A DNA stretch of 64,000 bases. Source: Terriglobales bacterium. Its GTDB lineage: Bacteria; Acidobacteriota; Terriglobia; Terriglobales; Acidobacteriaceae. Positions 38,214 through 46,220 of the stretch are shown piece by piece. The stretch spans positions 1,249-65,248 of the forward strand of contig DATJHT010000141.1 of the NCBI GenBank assembly GCA_035493765.1, written 5' to 3'. Made by a program: the position numbers and the translations under genes. Within the stretch, counting starts at the first letter, position 1; each line of letters starts with the position of its first letter. A model generated the notes under the pieces. It was given only the letters and a program-made list of their open reading frames with translations, was not told the origin of the DNA and searched no databases.

Positions 38214-39257
38214 ATGAGCGACAAAATGAAGGTCGCTGTGCTGTACGACGTGTGGGGCGAAGAAGAGACGCCCGACTCGGAAAAGGCGGCGGAGTCAGGG
38301 CGAAAGCGCAAAGTCAAAGAGGACCGGGAAGAGATTTTTGACGCGCTGACCAAGCTCGAGCACGAGCCATCTTATTACGTACTCGATGGGCGCCCGCAAT
38401 CGTTGCATGGGCTAGCCAAATGCGGCGCCGACCTGGTTTTCAATCTGACAGAATCATACGCAGGAGACGACACCAAGGAGATGAATGTCGCCGCCTACAT
38501 GGACCTGATCGGGCTTCCTTATACCGGCGCCGGTCCGCATGCGCATTTCTTAGCGCAGGACAAAGCCACGGCCAAGAAGATGTTTCATTTCCACGACATT
38601 CGCACGCCGTATTTTGCGACTGCATACCGCGGAAACATTGACCATGCCCACGATGTGAAGTTTCCCTTGATTGTGAAACCGCAGCTGGAAGATGGATCGA
38701 TTGGCATTGATGCGGAAGCGGTTGTGAACAGCGTGAAGGAACTCATGGAACGGGTGGAGTATGTGCAGAATGAATTCGACTCGCCCGCATTGATTGAAGA
38801 ATATATCGAAGGCCGCGAAATTTATGCTGCGATTCTAGGGAGCTATGAAAAAACCGAAGTGCTTCCATTGGTGGAACTTGACCTTTCGCAGTTGCCGGAA
38901 GGCACGCCTCGGATAGCCAGCCGCGATGTAAAGTTCGAACGCAACACGCAAGCCTACAAGCTGACCAAATCAAAAGTAGCCGACGACCTGGACGAGGCGA
39001 CAACGCAGAAACTTACAGAAACTGCCATGGCTGCGTACCGCGCGGTGAAACTGCGGGATTACGGCCGCATCGACATGCGGCTTACGCCAGACGGCGAAGT
39101 TTACGTTATCGAAGCAAATCCCAATCCCTGGCTCTCAAGCAAGCACGAGTTCGCGATGGCAGCGAAGAAGTCGGGGCGCTCCTATACCCAGCTCATTGAA
39201 GATATTTTGGAGTTGGCAATGGATCGCACCAAACGCGAGAAGCAATCCAGCGGCTAA
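38214..39257 (+). CDS. ATP-grasp enzyme, D-alanine--D-alanine ligase-like
   Basis: GGAGG RBS. MKVAVLYD..., DLVFNLTE...GEDG-like region, FPLIVKPQLEDGSIGI, LIEEYIEGREI and GRIDMRLTPDGEVYVIEANPNP form an ATP-grasp fold signature. Confidence 0.8.
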   Translation: MSDKMKVAVLYDVWGEEETPDSEKAAESGRKRKVKEDREEIFDALTKLEHEPSYYVLDGRPQSLHGLAKCGADLVFNLTESYAGDDTKEMNVAAYMDLIGLPYTGAGPHAHFLAQDKATAKKMFHFHDIRTPYFATAYRGNIDHAHDVKFPLIVKPQLEDGSIGIDAEAVVNSVKELMERVEYVQNEFDSPALIEEYIEGREIYAAILGSYEKTEVLPLVELDLSQLPEGTPRIASRDVKFERNTQAYKLTKSKVADDLDEATTQKLTETAMAAYRAVKLRDYGRIDMRLTPDGEVYVIEANPNPWLSSKHEFAMAAKKSGRSYTQLIEDILELAMDRTKREKQSSG

Positions 39258-40588
39258 GAGGGCACGGTTTTTTTTGATTTGACGACCCGCTTCACCTTTC
39301 GGTTCACTGCTGCTATCTCAAGCCGGTTCCTGCCGCCCTGCTTCGCGCGATAAAGAGCTTTGTCCGCCTGCTCGATAACCTCGTCCGCGGCTGCTCTGGG
39401 ATGTGATTCGGCCAATCCGATGCTCACTGTCACCGACAGGAAGCCTGATGTCGAAACCGGGGCTGCTTTTACTTTGCGCGTGCCGGGCGCCCGCCGGTCG
39501 GCTTCGCGCGGGGCCTTGCGACGATCATCTCCTTTGCGAACGCGAAAAGCTGCGCCTTCAACGTTCAGACGCAACAGCTCAAGATGATCGGCGGTGTCCT
39601 TTGCCATACGTCCGGGAAACAAGATTGTGAACTCTTCGCCGCCGACGCGGAAAGTCTCACCGCCCCCACTCACCCTCGCCAGCCTCGAGGCGACCAGGCG
39701 CAGCACTTGATCTCCGGTATCGTGACCGTATGTGTCATTGATGCTCTTGAAATGATCAATGTCCACCACCGCGATCGCAAAAGGATGTTTAAGCCGAACC
39801 AGGGCGTCATTGAAGGCGCGGCGGGAATTCAAACCCGTGAGTTCGTCCTGGTACGCGAGCGAGTAGGAATTCTCGATGATGCAGCTGGCGAGGATGAATC
39901 CGGCGACTCCGAAATATGCTGTGCCCGTCCGGCCCGCGGCACCATATTCGAGTCCGAAGCCAGCCGCGAGGAGCGACCAGAGCATCCCATTGTCGATGGG
40001 CTTATGCAGTTCTATCAACCGGTAGAGCAGAAGGCCACTGGCGATAATGAAAGCAAGCAGTGAAGGTTGAGTGAGGTGCAGGGAGTAGTTGTGAATAAGG
40101 GAAAAATGCAGGAACCCTGGAGTCGGCTGGTCAGGCCGGCCCAGCACGGCGACGATGACCGATTCAATGAACAATAAGAGAAGAAACCACACCAGGGTGC
40201 GGCCTTCGCGGCCCCTTTCAGGAAAGAAGGTAAGAAGAATGAAATCCAGCGGCACGAACAAAGCGACGGACTCGAAGGCAATGCGTGACACGCCGGGGCC
40301 AGCAAATTGTCCCTGTGCATAGGAGACAATGGCGTGATGCGACATCAGCAGCACGATCGCGCAAAACAAGACTCGAGTTGAATGAAAACGCCAGGCGAGC
40401 AAGACCGCAGCCACGAAAACCGCGTAATAAAAGAAACTGATACCAACGGGCGGAAAAGGAATCAAGCCGGGCTTGAGCAGCAAAACTGCGCCCAGCATGA
40501 GGACCCCGCCGGGCAGCAAAATCGATTTCAGTGCTCTCCTGGTCCAGAACTCCATGAACTGCGCCTGATGTCCATTATGCGCTGCCAT
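39254..40588 (-). CDS. membrane-bound diguanylate cyclase (GGDEF)
   Basis: About 6 N-terminal TM helices, then DELTGLNSRRAF...DIDHFKSINDTYGHDTGD...RVGGEEFTILF. The start is uncertain (ATG 40588, 40555 or 40762). The 40762 start would leave only 22 bp to the divergent gene. Confidence 0.8.
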   Translation of the reverse strand: MAAHNGHQAQFMEFWTRRALKSILLPGGVLMLGAVLLLKPGLIPFPPVGISFFYYAVFVAAVLLAWRFHSTRVLFCAIVLLMSHHAIVSYAQGQFAGPGVSRIAFESVALFVPLDFILLTFFPERGREGRTLVWFLLLLFIESVIVAVLGRPDQPTPGFLHFSLIHNYSLHLTQPSLLAFIIASGLLLYRLIELHKPIDNGMLWSLLAAGFGLEYGAAGRTGTAYFGVAGFILASCIIENSYSLAYQDELTGLNSRRAFNDALVRLKHPFAIAVVDIDHFKSINDTYGHDTGDQVLRLVASRLARVSGGGETFRVGGEEFTILFPGRMAKDTADHLELLRLNVEGAAFRVRKGDDRRKAPREADRRAPGTRKVKAAPVSTSGFLSVTVSIGLAESHPRAAADEVIEQADKALYRAKQGGRNRLEIAAVNRKVKRVVKSKKTVPS

Positions 40589-40784
40589 TTTCGATTTGTG
40601 TGCGCGCCTTCTTAACCCTTCGGGCAACCTTGGCCGTTGTACCATTTCCGAACTGCTAAGCCCTTCGTTTGCGCAAAATATCTTGTGTCCAGTCCATCCA
40701 GCCTCTAAGAATGAATTCATCTTGTTCGTCGCTTTCGCGTGGTTACGCTCAGCTTCATCCATTTCGTTCGATTAAAGGATTCCC

Positions 40785-41468
40785 ATGCGAGTTTTGATTG
40801 CAGAAGAAGATCCGGCTCTGGCCAGTTTCGTCAGAAAAGGATTGGAGGCAGAGCACTACGCTGTTGACGTCAGTCCCGACGGCGAGCAGGTGCGCAGCCT
40901 CGCCACTGAGTTGGCATATGACCTGTTGATTCTCGATCTGAACCTGGCGCGGGTGGACGGAGTCACCATCCTTCGCCATTTACGCACGAGAAAGCCGAGC
41001 ATGCCGATTCTGGTGCTGACCAGCCGCAATCGTGTCGAGGACCGGGTGGAGTGTCTCGACCTCGGCGCAGACGACTTTTTGAGCATGCCATTTTCTTTCT
41101 CCGAGCTGTCGGCGAGGATTCGGGCACTCCTGCGGCGAAGCCATCTGCCGGTAGCTTCGGTACTCAACGTCATCGATCTGAAACTCGATCGCGTGGAGCG
41201 GCGGGTTGAGCGTGGGGGCAAAAGGATCGAGCTGACTTCAAAGGAATTCGGCTTGCTCGAATACCTCATGCTGAATGCCGGGCGCAGAGTTACGCGCGCG
41301 ATGATTGTGGAACATGTCTGGAACCTATCGTTTGATACGTGCACGAATGTTGTGGACGTGTATGTCAACTATCTTCGTCGGAAGGTAGATGACGGGTTCG
41401 GGCGCCCACTGATCCACACCGTGCGGGGAGTTGGTTACGAATTGGGATCGAGGGGTGAGGCCGCTTAG
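40785..41468 (+). CDS. OmpR-family response regulator
   Basis: MRVLIAEEDPALASFV..., DLLILDLNLARVDG receiver, and a C-terminal winged helix (ELTSKEFGLLEYLMLNAGRVVTR...IHTVRGVGYEL). Confidence 0.9.
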   Translation: MRVLIAEEDPALASFVRKGLEAEHYAVDVSPDGEQVRSLATELAYDLLILDLNLARVDGVTILRHLRTRKPSMPILVLTSRNRVEDRVECLDLGADDFLSMPFSFSELSARIRALLRRSHLPVASVLNVIDLKLDRVERRVERGGKRIELTSKEFGLLEYLMLNAGRRVTRAMIVEHVWNLSFDTCTNVVDVYVNYLRRKVDDGFGRPLIHTVRGVGYELGSRGEAA

Positions 41469-41618
41469 AGGCCGAGCGCTGAACGCTGAGCGCTCCCCCT
41501 TACGGCAAATTTTTCCCAATTTTCTGTCCTCCCCAAGAATGGGAAAGTTTTGCCGCCACTAAACTTTTCTTAATGATCTCCTAATCGCGTTCTTATCAAT
41601 TCCTGCTTCAATCGCATC

Positions 41619-42794
41619 ATGACGAGCGCAGGCTTCTTCCCTCCCCCATCGGGTGGCGTGCTGGTGGCAAGCCCAAGTACCGCGGTTCGCGAGCAGTTTA
41701 CGCGGAGACTGGAGCGGCACGGGCCGGTGCACACGGCCTGCGGCGGGGCGGAAGCATTGGCAAAACTCGAAAATGGGCAATGGCAAATGCTGTTCCTTGA
41801 CCGCCGGCTTCCCGATCTGGATGCCGGAGAGCTGGTGCTAATCATTGAGCGCCGCTTTCCCGGAATCCGGGTGGTAATGGTGGACTCCGAGAGCGTTGAA
41901 TCGGAGATACCGTCCGGCAACGATCCAATTGAAAACTGGCGGACAAGCGTTCCCGCTCGATCGGATGAAAGCAGGGCGAATTTCCGAAACCTGCGAGCCA
42001 TGCCCGTGGTTCCAGATCAGGACGCGTCGCTGCCGGGAATGGTTGGTGATGCCGACCTCATGCGCGTGGTTTATCGGATGGTGCGCCTGGTCGCGGCGCA
42101 CGAGACGACGGTGCTGGTCACCGGGCCGACCGGGACCGGCAAGGACCTGGTAGCCAGGGCAATTCATCAACTCAGTCCAAGATCGGCCAATGGGTTTGCG
42201 GTGCTGAATTGTGCGGCGATTCCAGAGACTCTGGTCGAGTCGGAACTCTTCGGGTACAGCCGCGGGGCATTCACCGGCGCAGCACAGAATTATGCGGGGC
42301 GAATCCTGGCCGCACAAGGCGGGACGCTGTTCCTGGACGAGATCGGTGATCTACCGTTGGCGGCGCAGTCAAAGCTGCTGCGGTTTCTGGAGCACAAGGA
42401 AATTCAACGCCTCGGGGCGAGTGAGACCATGAAAGCTGACGTTAGAGTGATCGCCGCCACGAATCGCAATCTGGCTGCGGCGGTCAAGGGCGGGTCCTTC
42501 CGCGAGGACCTTTTTTATCGTCTTAGCGCATTTCCCATACGGTTGGCGCCACTTGTCCAGAGGGGGGCCGACGTTCTGAAACTGGCTTTTCATTTCTTGG
42601 CGCGAGCGGAAAGCAAAGGCCGCCCACACCTTGACCCGGGCGCCGCCCAAAAACTGGAAGCTCACTCCTGGCCGGGTAATGTGCGTGAAATGCAGCAGGT
42701 GCTGGAGCGAGCTGCCATCCTGGCAGGAGACGCGGCAACTATTCAGGCAGAGCACATCCAGTTCAGCGCGACTGACGGGTCGGAGGAGGGTTGA
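41619..42794 (+). CDS. sigma-54-dependent AAA+ activator with degenerate receiver and no DNA-binding domain
   Basis: Walker A GPTGTGKD, ESELFGYSRGAFTGA (GAFTGA loop) and RVIAATNRNL. The N-terminal receiver-like fold lacks the acidic pair (VLVASPS) but keeps MLFLDRRLPDLDAGEL. The protein ends about 20 aa after the AAA+ lid with no Fis-type HTH. Confidence 0.85.
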   Translation: MTSAGFFPPPSGGVLVASPSTAVREQFTRRLERHGPVHTACGGAEALAKLENGQWQMLFLDRRLPDLDAGELVLIIERRFPGIRVVMVDSESVESEIPSGNDPIENWRTSVPARSDESRANFRNLRAMPVVPDQDASLPGMVGDADLMRVVYRMVRLVAAHETTVLVTGPTGTGKDLVARAIHQLSPRSANGFAVLNCAAIPETLVESELFGYSRGAFTGAAQNYAGRILAAQGGTLFLDEIGDLPLAAQSKLLRFLEHKEIQRLGASETMKADVRVIAATNRNLAAAVKGGSFREDLFYRLSAFPIRLAPLVQRGADVLKLAFHFLARAESKGRPHLDPGAAQKLEAHSWPGNVREMQQVLERAAILAGDAATIQAEHIQFSATDGSEEG

Positions 42795-42797
42795 TCT

Positions 42798-43682
42798 ATG
42801 CAGGCCACCATTGCCAGCGAAGCGGCCCTGAATCCGGAGCATCTGGCACAGGCTTTTGGCGCATTTTCTTCCGCGGCCGAGGCGCTCGAACGCTCTTACT
42901 TCGGTCTGGGACAGGAGGTCAACCGGCTGCGCCGCGAACTCGAGCAGGAGCGCGACCTGCGGCGACGGCGCGAGGCCCTGGCTGAGGTTTCCGCCATTCT
43001 GGCGCACGAAATCAGGAACCCACTCGGAAGCCTTGAGCTGTTTACCGGCCTGCTGGTGACTTCCGAACTGCCGGAAAAAGAGAAGCACTGGGTGCAGCAA
43101 CTTCAGTCGGGGATACGTATCGTCTCCGCCACCGTCAACAATATTCTGGAATTCCATGGCACCGGCGACTTAACGCTTCAACCCACTGAACTGAACTCCG
43201 TCTTTCGTTCAATCGAGGCCCTGCTGGCTCCGGTTGCCGAACGGGCGAAAGTGCGGTGGGAGACAAGTCTGAACGCCGGCGAGTTGTTGATAGCCGCCGA
43301 CCGGCAGCGCCTCGAACAGGTGTTTCTGAATCTGGCGCTGAACGTGTTCCGGTTTGCGGCCAAAGGCGGAGTATTGCGCATCCGGACCGGACGCAACGAC
43401 AAATCGGCTCTGGCCTGGTTCGAGGATGAAGGGCCCGGCATTCCAGTCGATGTGTTGGGCAAGATTTTTCAGCCCGGTGTGACTACACGAGCAGGAGGAA
43501 CAGGTCTGGGCCTCGCGGTGGCCAAGCGCATTGTTGAGCTGCATGGGGGCCGGATTGAAGTTGGGAGCGCCCCTGGTCGGGGAACGACGTTCAGCCTGCA
43601 GCTTCCGCTGATTGATGCTGCCGCAGCAGGTCAGACCTTTTTGAATTGCGCGCGGTCGAAAGCGACAGGAGCGGGCGCATGA
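42798..43682 (+). CDS. soluble sensor histidine kinase (HisKA + HATPase_c)
   Basis: H-box LAHEIRNPLGSL, N-box FLNLALNVFRFA, G1 FEDEGPGIP and G2 GGTGLGLAVAKRIVELHGG. It has no TM segment and only a ~60-aa coiled-coil N-terminus. Confidence 0.88.
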   Translation: MQATIASEAALNPEHLAQAFGAFSSAAEALERSYFGLGQEVNRLRRELEQERDLRRRREALAEVSAILAHEIRNPLGSLELFTGLLVTSELPEKEKHWVQQLQSGIRIVSATVNNILEFHGTGDLTLQPTELNSVFRSIEALLAPVAERAKVRWETSLNAGELLIAADRQRLEQVFLNLALNVFRFAAKGGVLRIRTGRNDKSALAWFEDEGPGIPVDVLGKIFQPGVTTRAGGTGLGLAVAKRIVELHGGRIEVGSAPGRGTTFSLQLPLIDAAAAGQTFLNCARSKATGAGA

Positions 43683-45049
43683 GCGCCAACGGGACTCCTC
43701 AAATCGTGGACCGTGCGGTGCTGATCGTGGACGACGAAGCCGGAATGCGGACTGCCCTCGAAATCAACTTTCGCCGACGTGGCTGGCAGGTAGAAACTGC
43801 CGGAGGAAAAGCGGAGGCCATTGTCCGCTTCCGCCAGCGCCGCCACCCACTCGTGGTCAGTGACGTTCGTATGCCGGATGGAGATGGCATGGAAGTGATC
43901 CGCGCCATGCGCGAAATTTCCGCTCATACGCCGGTGATTCTGCTGACGGCATACGGTTCTGTTCCGGGCGCAGTGCAGGCTATGAAATCCGGGGCATACG
44001 AGTATGTGACCAAACCAATTGCGTTTGAGCAACTGCTGAACACCGCTGAACGGGCGTTGGCGCGAGAGTTCTCCGCCGGGCACCAAAGTGATGAGATCAT
44101 CGGCTCATCGGCGGAATTGCGCCGTTCACTTGAACAAGCGCAGCGCGCCGCGGACAGTGACGCGGATATTCTGATTGAAGCCGAGAGTGGCACCGGAAAG
44201 GAGCTGCTGGCGCGCCGCATCCATAACCTTAGCGCGAGGCGCTCGCGTCCCTTTGTGGCAGTCAGCTGCGCCGCATTTCCCGAGTCGTTGCTTGAAAGCG
44301 AGCTTTTTGGGCATAGCCGTGGCGCCTTTACGGGAGCCATCGCGGACCAGGCGGGAAAATTTCAGCTTGCCCAAGGCGGCACCTTACTGCTCGATGAGAT
44401 CGGGGACATGCCACTCAGTCTTCAACCCAAGCTTTTGCGGGTGCTGCAGGAACGAGAGTTCTATCCCCTCGGCGGCGTCCAGCCCGTGCGCGTGAACCTA
44501 CGCGTAATCGCAGCCACCAACCAGCGATTGGAGATGCTGGTCCGCAAGGGCGGGTTCCGCGCTGATCTCTATTACCGTTTGAATGTAATCGCGCTCAGCC
44601 TGCCGCCGTTACGCGCGCGACGTGAAGATATTCGAGACCTTGCACTGCATTTTGCCGACTGCTATGCACCCGCCGGGAGCGTCAGCATTTCCGAAACATT
44701 TTTGTCGCAGCTTGAGCGTCACACATGGCCGGGCAATGTGCGCGAACTTTCGAATGTTGTCCGACGTGCGGTGGCCTTGCGTGACGTGAGCTTTGAACCG
44801 GGCAGTTCGGCGACCGCAAAATGTCCTCTCGCCGGAAACTCTCTCGCCGGGAGCGCAAATTCTCCTGACGTACTCCGGCCGGGTACCAGCTTGGCGTCGG
44901 TGGAAAAGCGGCTGCTGGAACTCACCCTGGATTCTACTTCCGGCAATCGCTCGCGTACCGCGGAAATACTCGGCGTCAGTTTGCGGACTGTGCGCAACAA
45001 GATCCGTGAATACAATCTGCCGCCAAGGAGCATGTATGCCCATGATTGA
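43679..45049 (+). CDS. sigma-54-dependent response regulator (NtrC/FleR/FlgR-like)
   Basis: ATG 43679 overlaps the kinase stop (ATGA). Receiver (VLIVDDEAGMR...VVSDVRMPDGDG), AAA+ (ESGTGKE, ESELFGHSRGAFTGA) and a C-terminal Fis-type HTH (GNRSRTAEILGVSLRTVRNKIREY). Confidence 0.92.
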   Translation: MSANGTPQIVDRAVLIVDDEAGMRTALEINFRRRGWQVETAGGKAEAIVRFRQRRHPLVVSDVRMPDGDGMEVIRAMREISAHTPVILLTAYGSVPGAVQAMKSGAYEYVTKPIAFEQLLNTAERALAREFSAGHQSDEIIGSSAELRRSLEQAQRAADSDADILIEAESGTGKELLARRIHNLSARRSRPFVAVSCAAFPESLLESELFGHSRGAFTGAIADQAGKFQLAQGGTLLLDEIGDMPLSLQPKLLRVLQEREFYPLGGVQPVRVNLRVIAATNQRLEMLVRKGGFRADLYYRLNVIALSLPPLRARREDIRDLALHFADCYAPAGSVSISETFLSQLERHTWPGNVRELSNVVRRAVALRDVSFEPGSSATAKCPLAGNSLAGSANSPDVLRPGTSLASVEKRLLELTLDSTSGNRSRTAEILGVSLRTVRNKIREYNLPPRSMYAHD

Positions 45050-45398
45050 CTCTCCCGAGATCAAGGCCCTGGCAAAGTTTCTCGACGTAAGCACTTTTCG
45101 CACTGGGCTGATCACCTCAAACCTCGCGAACATCGATACGCCGGGGTATCGCGCCCGCGACATCAATTTTGTACAGGAACTGGAGCGTGCAGATTCAGGC
45201 ATGGAACTCGCCGCCTTTTCTCCAGCAGTGCAGCAGGTACAAGGTCTGGCGTCTCGTCCCGACGGGAATAACGTCAATCTCGAACGCGAAGGGCTGTTGC
45301 TGGCCGAAACCCAGTTGCGATTCCAGGTCGGAGTGCAGGTATTGAAAGCCGAGTTTCACCGTATTCTAAGCGCAATCCATGAAGGGAGCGGTTCATGA
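45036..45398 (+). CDS. flgB: flagellar basal-body rod protein FlgB
   Basis: ITSNLANIDTPGYRARD motif. AAGGAG RBS at 45025-45030. The start overlaps the end of the regulator gene. Confidence 0.9.
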   Translation: MPMIDSPEIKALAKFLDVSTFRTGLITSNLANIDTPGYRARDINFVQELERADSGMELAAFSPAVQQVQGLASRPDGNNVNLEREGLLLAETQLRFQVGVQVLKAEFHRILSAIHEGSGS

Positions 45399-45850
45399 AC
45401 CTGTTTGGAATGCTTGAAATTAGCGGCTCGGGGATGACGGCCGAGCGCCAGAGGGCGCAAGTCGTGGTCGGCAACATGGCCAACGCGCAAACCACGCATA
45501 CGCCCGAAGGCGGGCCTTACAAGCGGCAATTGGCGGTCTTCCGCTCCGAGCGACAACACACCTTTCCCGCGATGTCGCTCGCGGTTGCGGGAGGATTCGC
45601 GGCCGATCGTTCCCACGCGACGGAAGGCGTGCGCGTGAGCCGCGTCGTTCCTGACCAGAAGCCTCCGACCTTGCGCTACGATCCCGGCAATCCAGATGCC
45701 GATGCAAAAGGCTATGTCGCATATCCGTCGATCGATCCGGTCGAAGAGATGACGGATCTTTTGGGCGCGGTACGGGCTTACGAATTGAATGCCTCGGCGG
45801 TGCAGGCTGCGAAAGGCATGATTCAGCAGTCGATGGAGATTTTGAAATGA
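45395..45850 (+). CDS. flgC: flagellar basal-body rod protein FlgC
   Basis: MNLFGMLEISGSGMTAERQRAQVVVGNMANAQTT and C-terminal EMTDLLGAVRAYELNASAVQAAKGM. Confidence 0.93.
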   Translation: MNLFGMLEISGSGMTAERQRAQVVVGNMANAQTTHTPEGGPYKRQLAVFRSERQHTFPAMSLAVAGGFAADRSHATEGVRVSRVVPDQKPPTLRYDPGNPDADAKGYVAYPSIDPVEEMTDLLGAVRAYELNASAVQAAKGMIQQSMEILK

Positions 45851-45890
45851 GCAAACCGTTTCGGCGCGACTTCCGTTGCAAGGAGGCACC

Positions 45891-46190
45891 ATGACCAATC
45901 CAGTTTCCGGCTTAGCCGCGCACTCGGCAACCCTGCCTGCTGGCGAAAGCCAGGCTGCCGGTCCACGCGAGTGGGGCTTCGTAGAAACCCTGCGGGGCGC
46001 GATTGATGAAGCCGAGCAATTACAGGGTACGGCGGACGCGAAAGTCTCCGGGCTGCTGCAGGGCAATGGCATGGACGTGCATAGCGCCATGATCGCTGTG
46101 GAGAAGGCCGATCTGTCATTCCAGTTGATGATGCAGGTACGCAACAAGATCGTGTCCGCGTATCAGGAAATCTCTCGCATGCAATTCTGA
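45891..46190 (+). CDS. fliE: flagellar hook-basal body complex protein FliE
   Basis: GGAGG RBS. FVETLRGAIDEAEQLQ...VHSAMIAVEKADLSFQLMMQVRNKIVSAYQEISRMQF is the canonical FliE C-terminus. Confidence 0.9.
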   Translation: MTNPVSGLAAHSATLPAGESQAAGPREWGFVETLRGAIDEAEQLQGTADAKVSGLLQGNGMDVHSAMIAVEKADLSFQLMMQVRNKIVSAYQEISRMQF

Positions 46191-46220
46191 GAAATGGTTT
46201 CTGAACTCTAAAGGATTGAC

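Noticed and set aside
41540-41554. TGGGAAAGTTTTGCC, a sigma-54 promoter look-alike upstream of EBP1
   Set aside because: The GG-to-GC spacing is one nucleotide short of the strict -24/-12 geometry.
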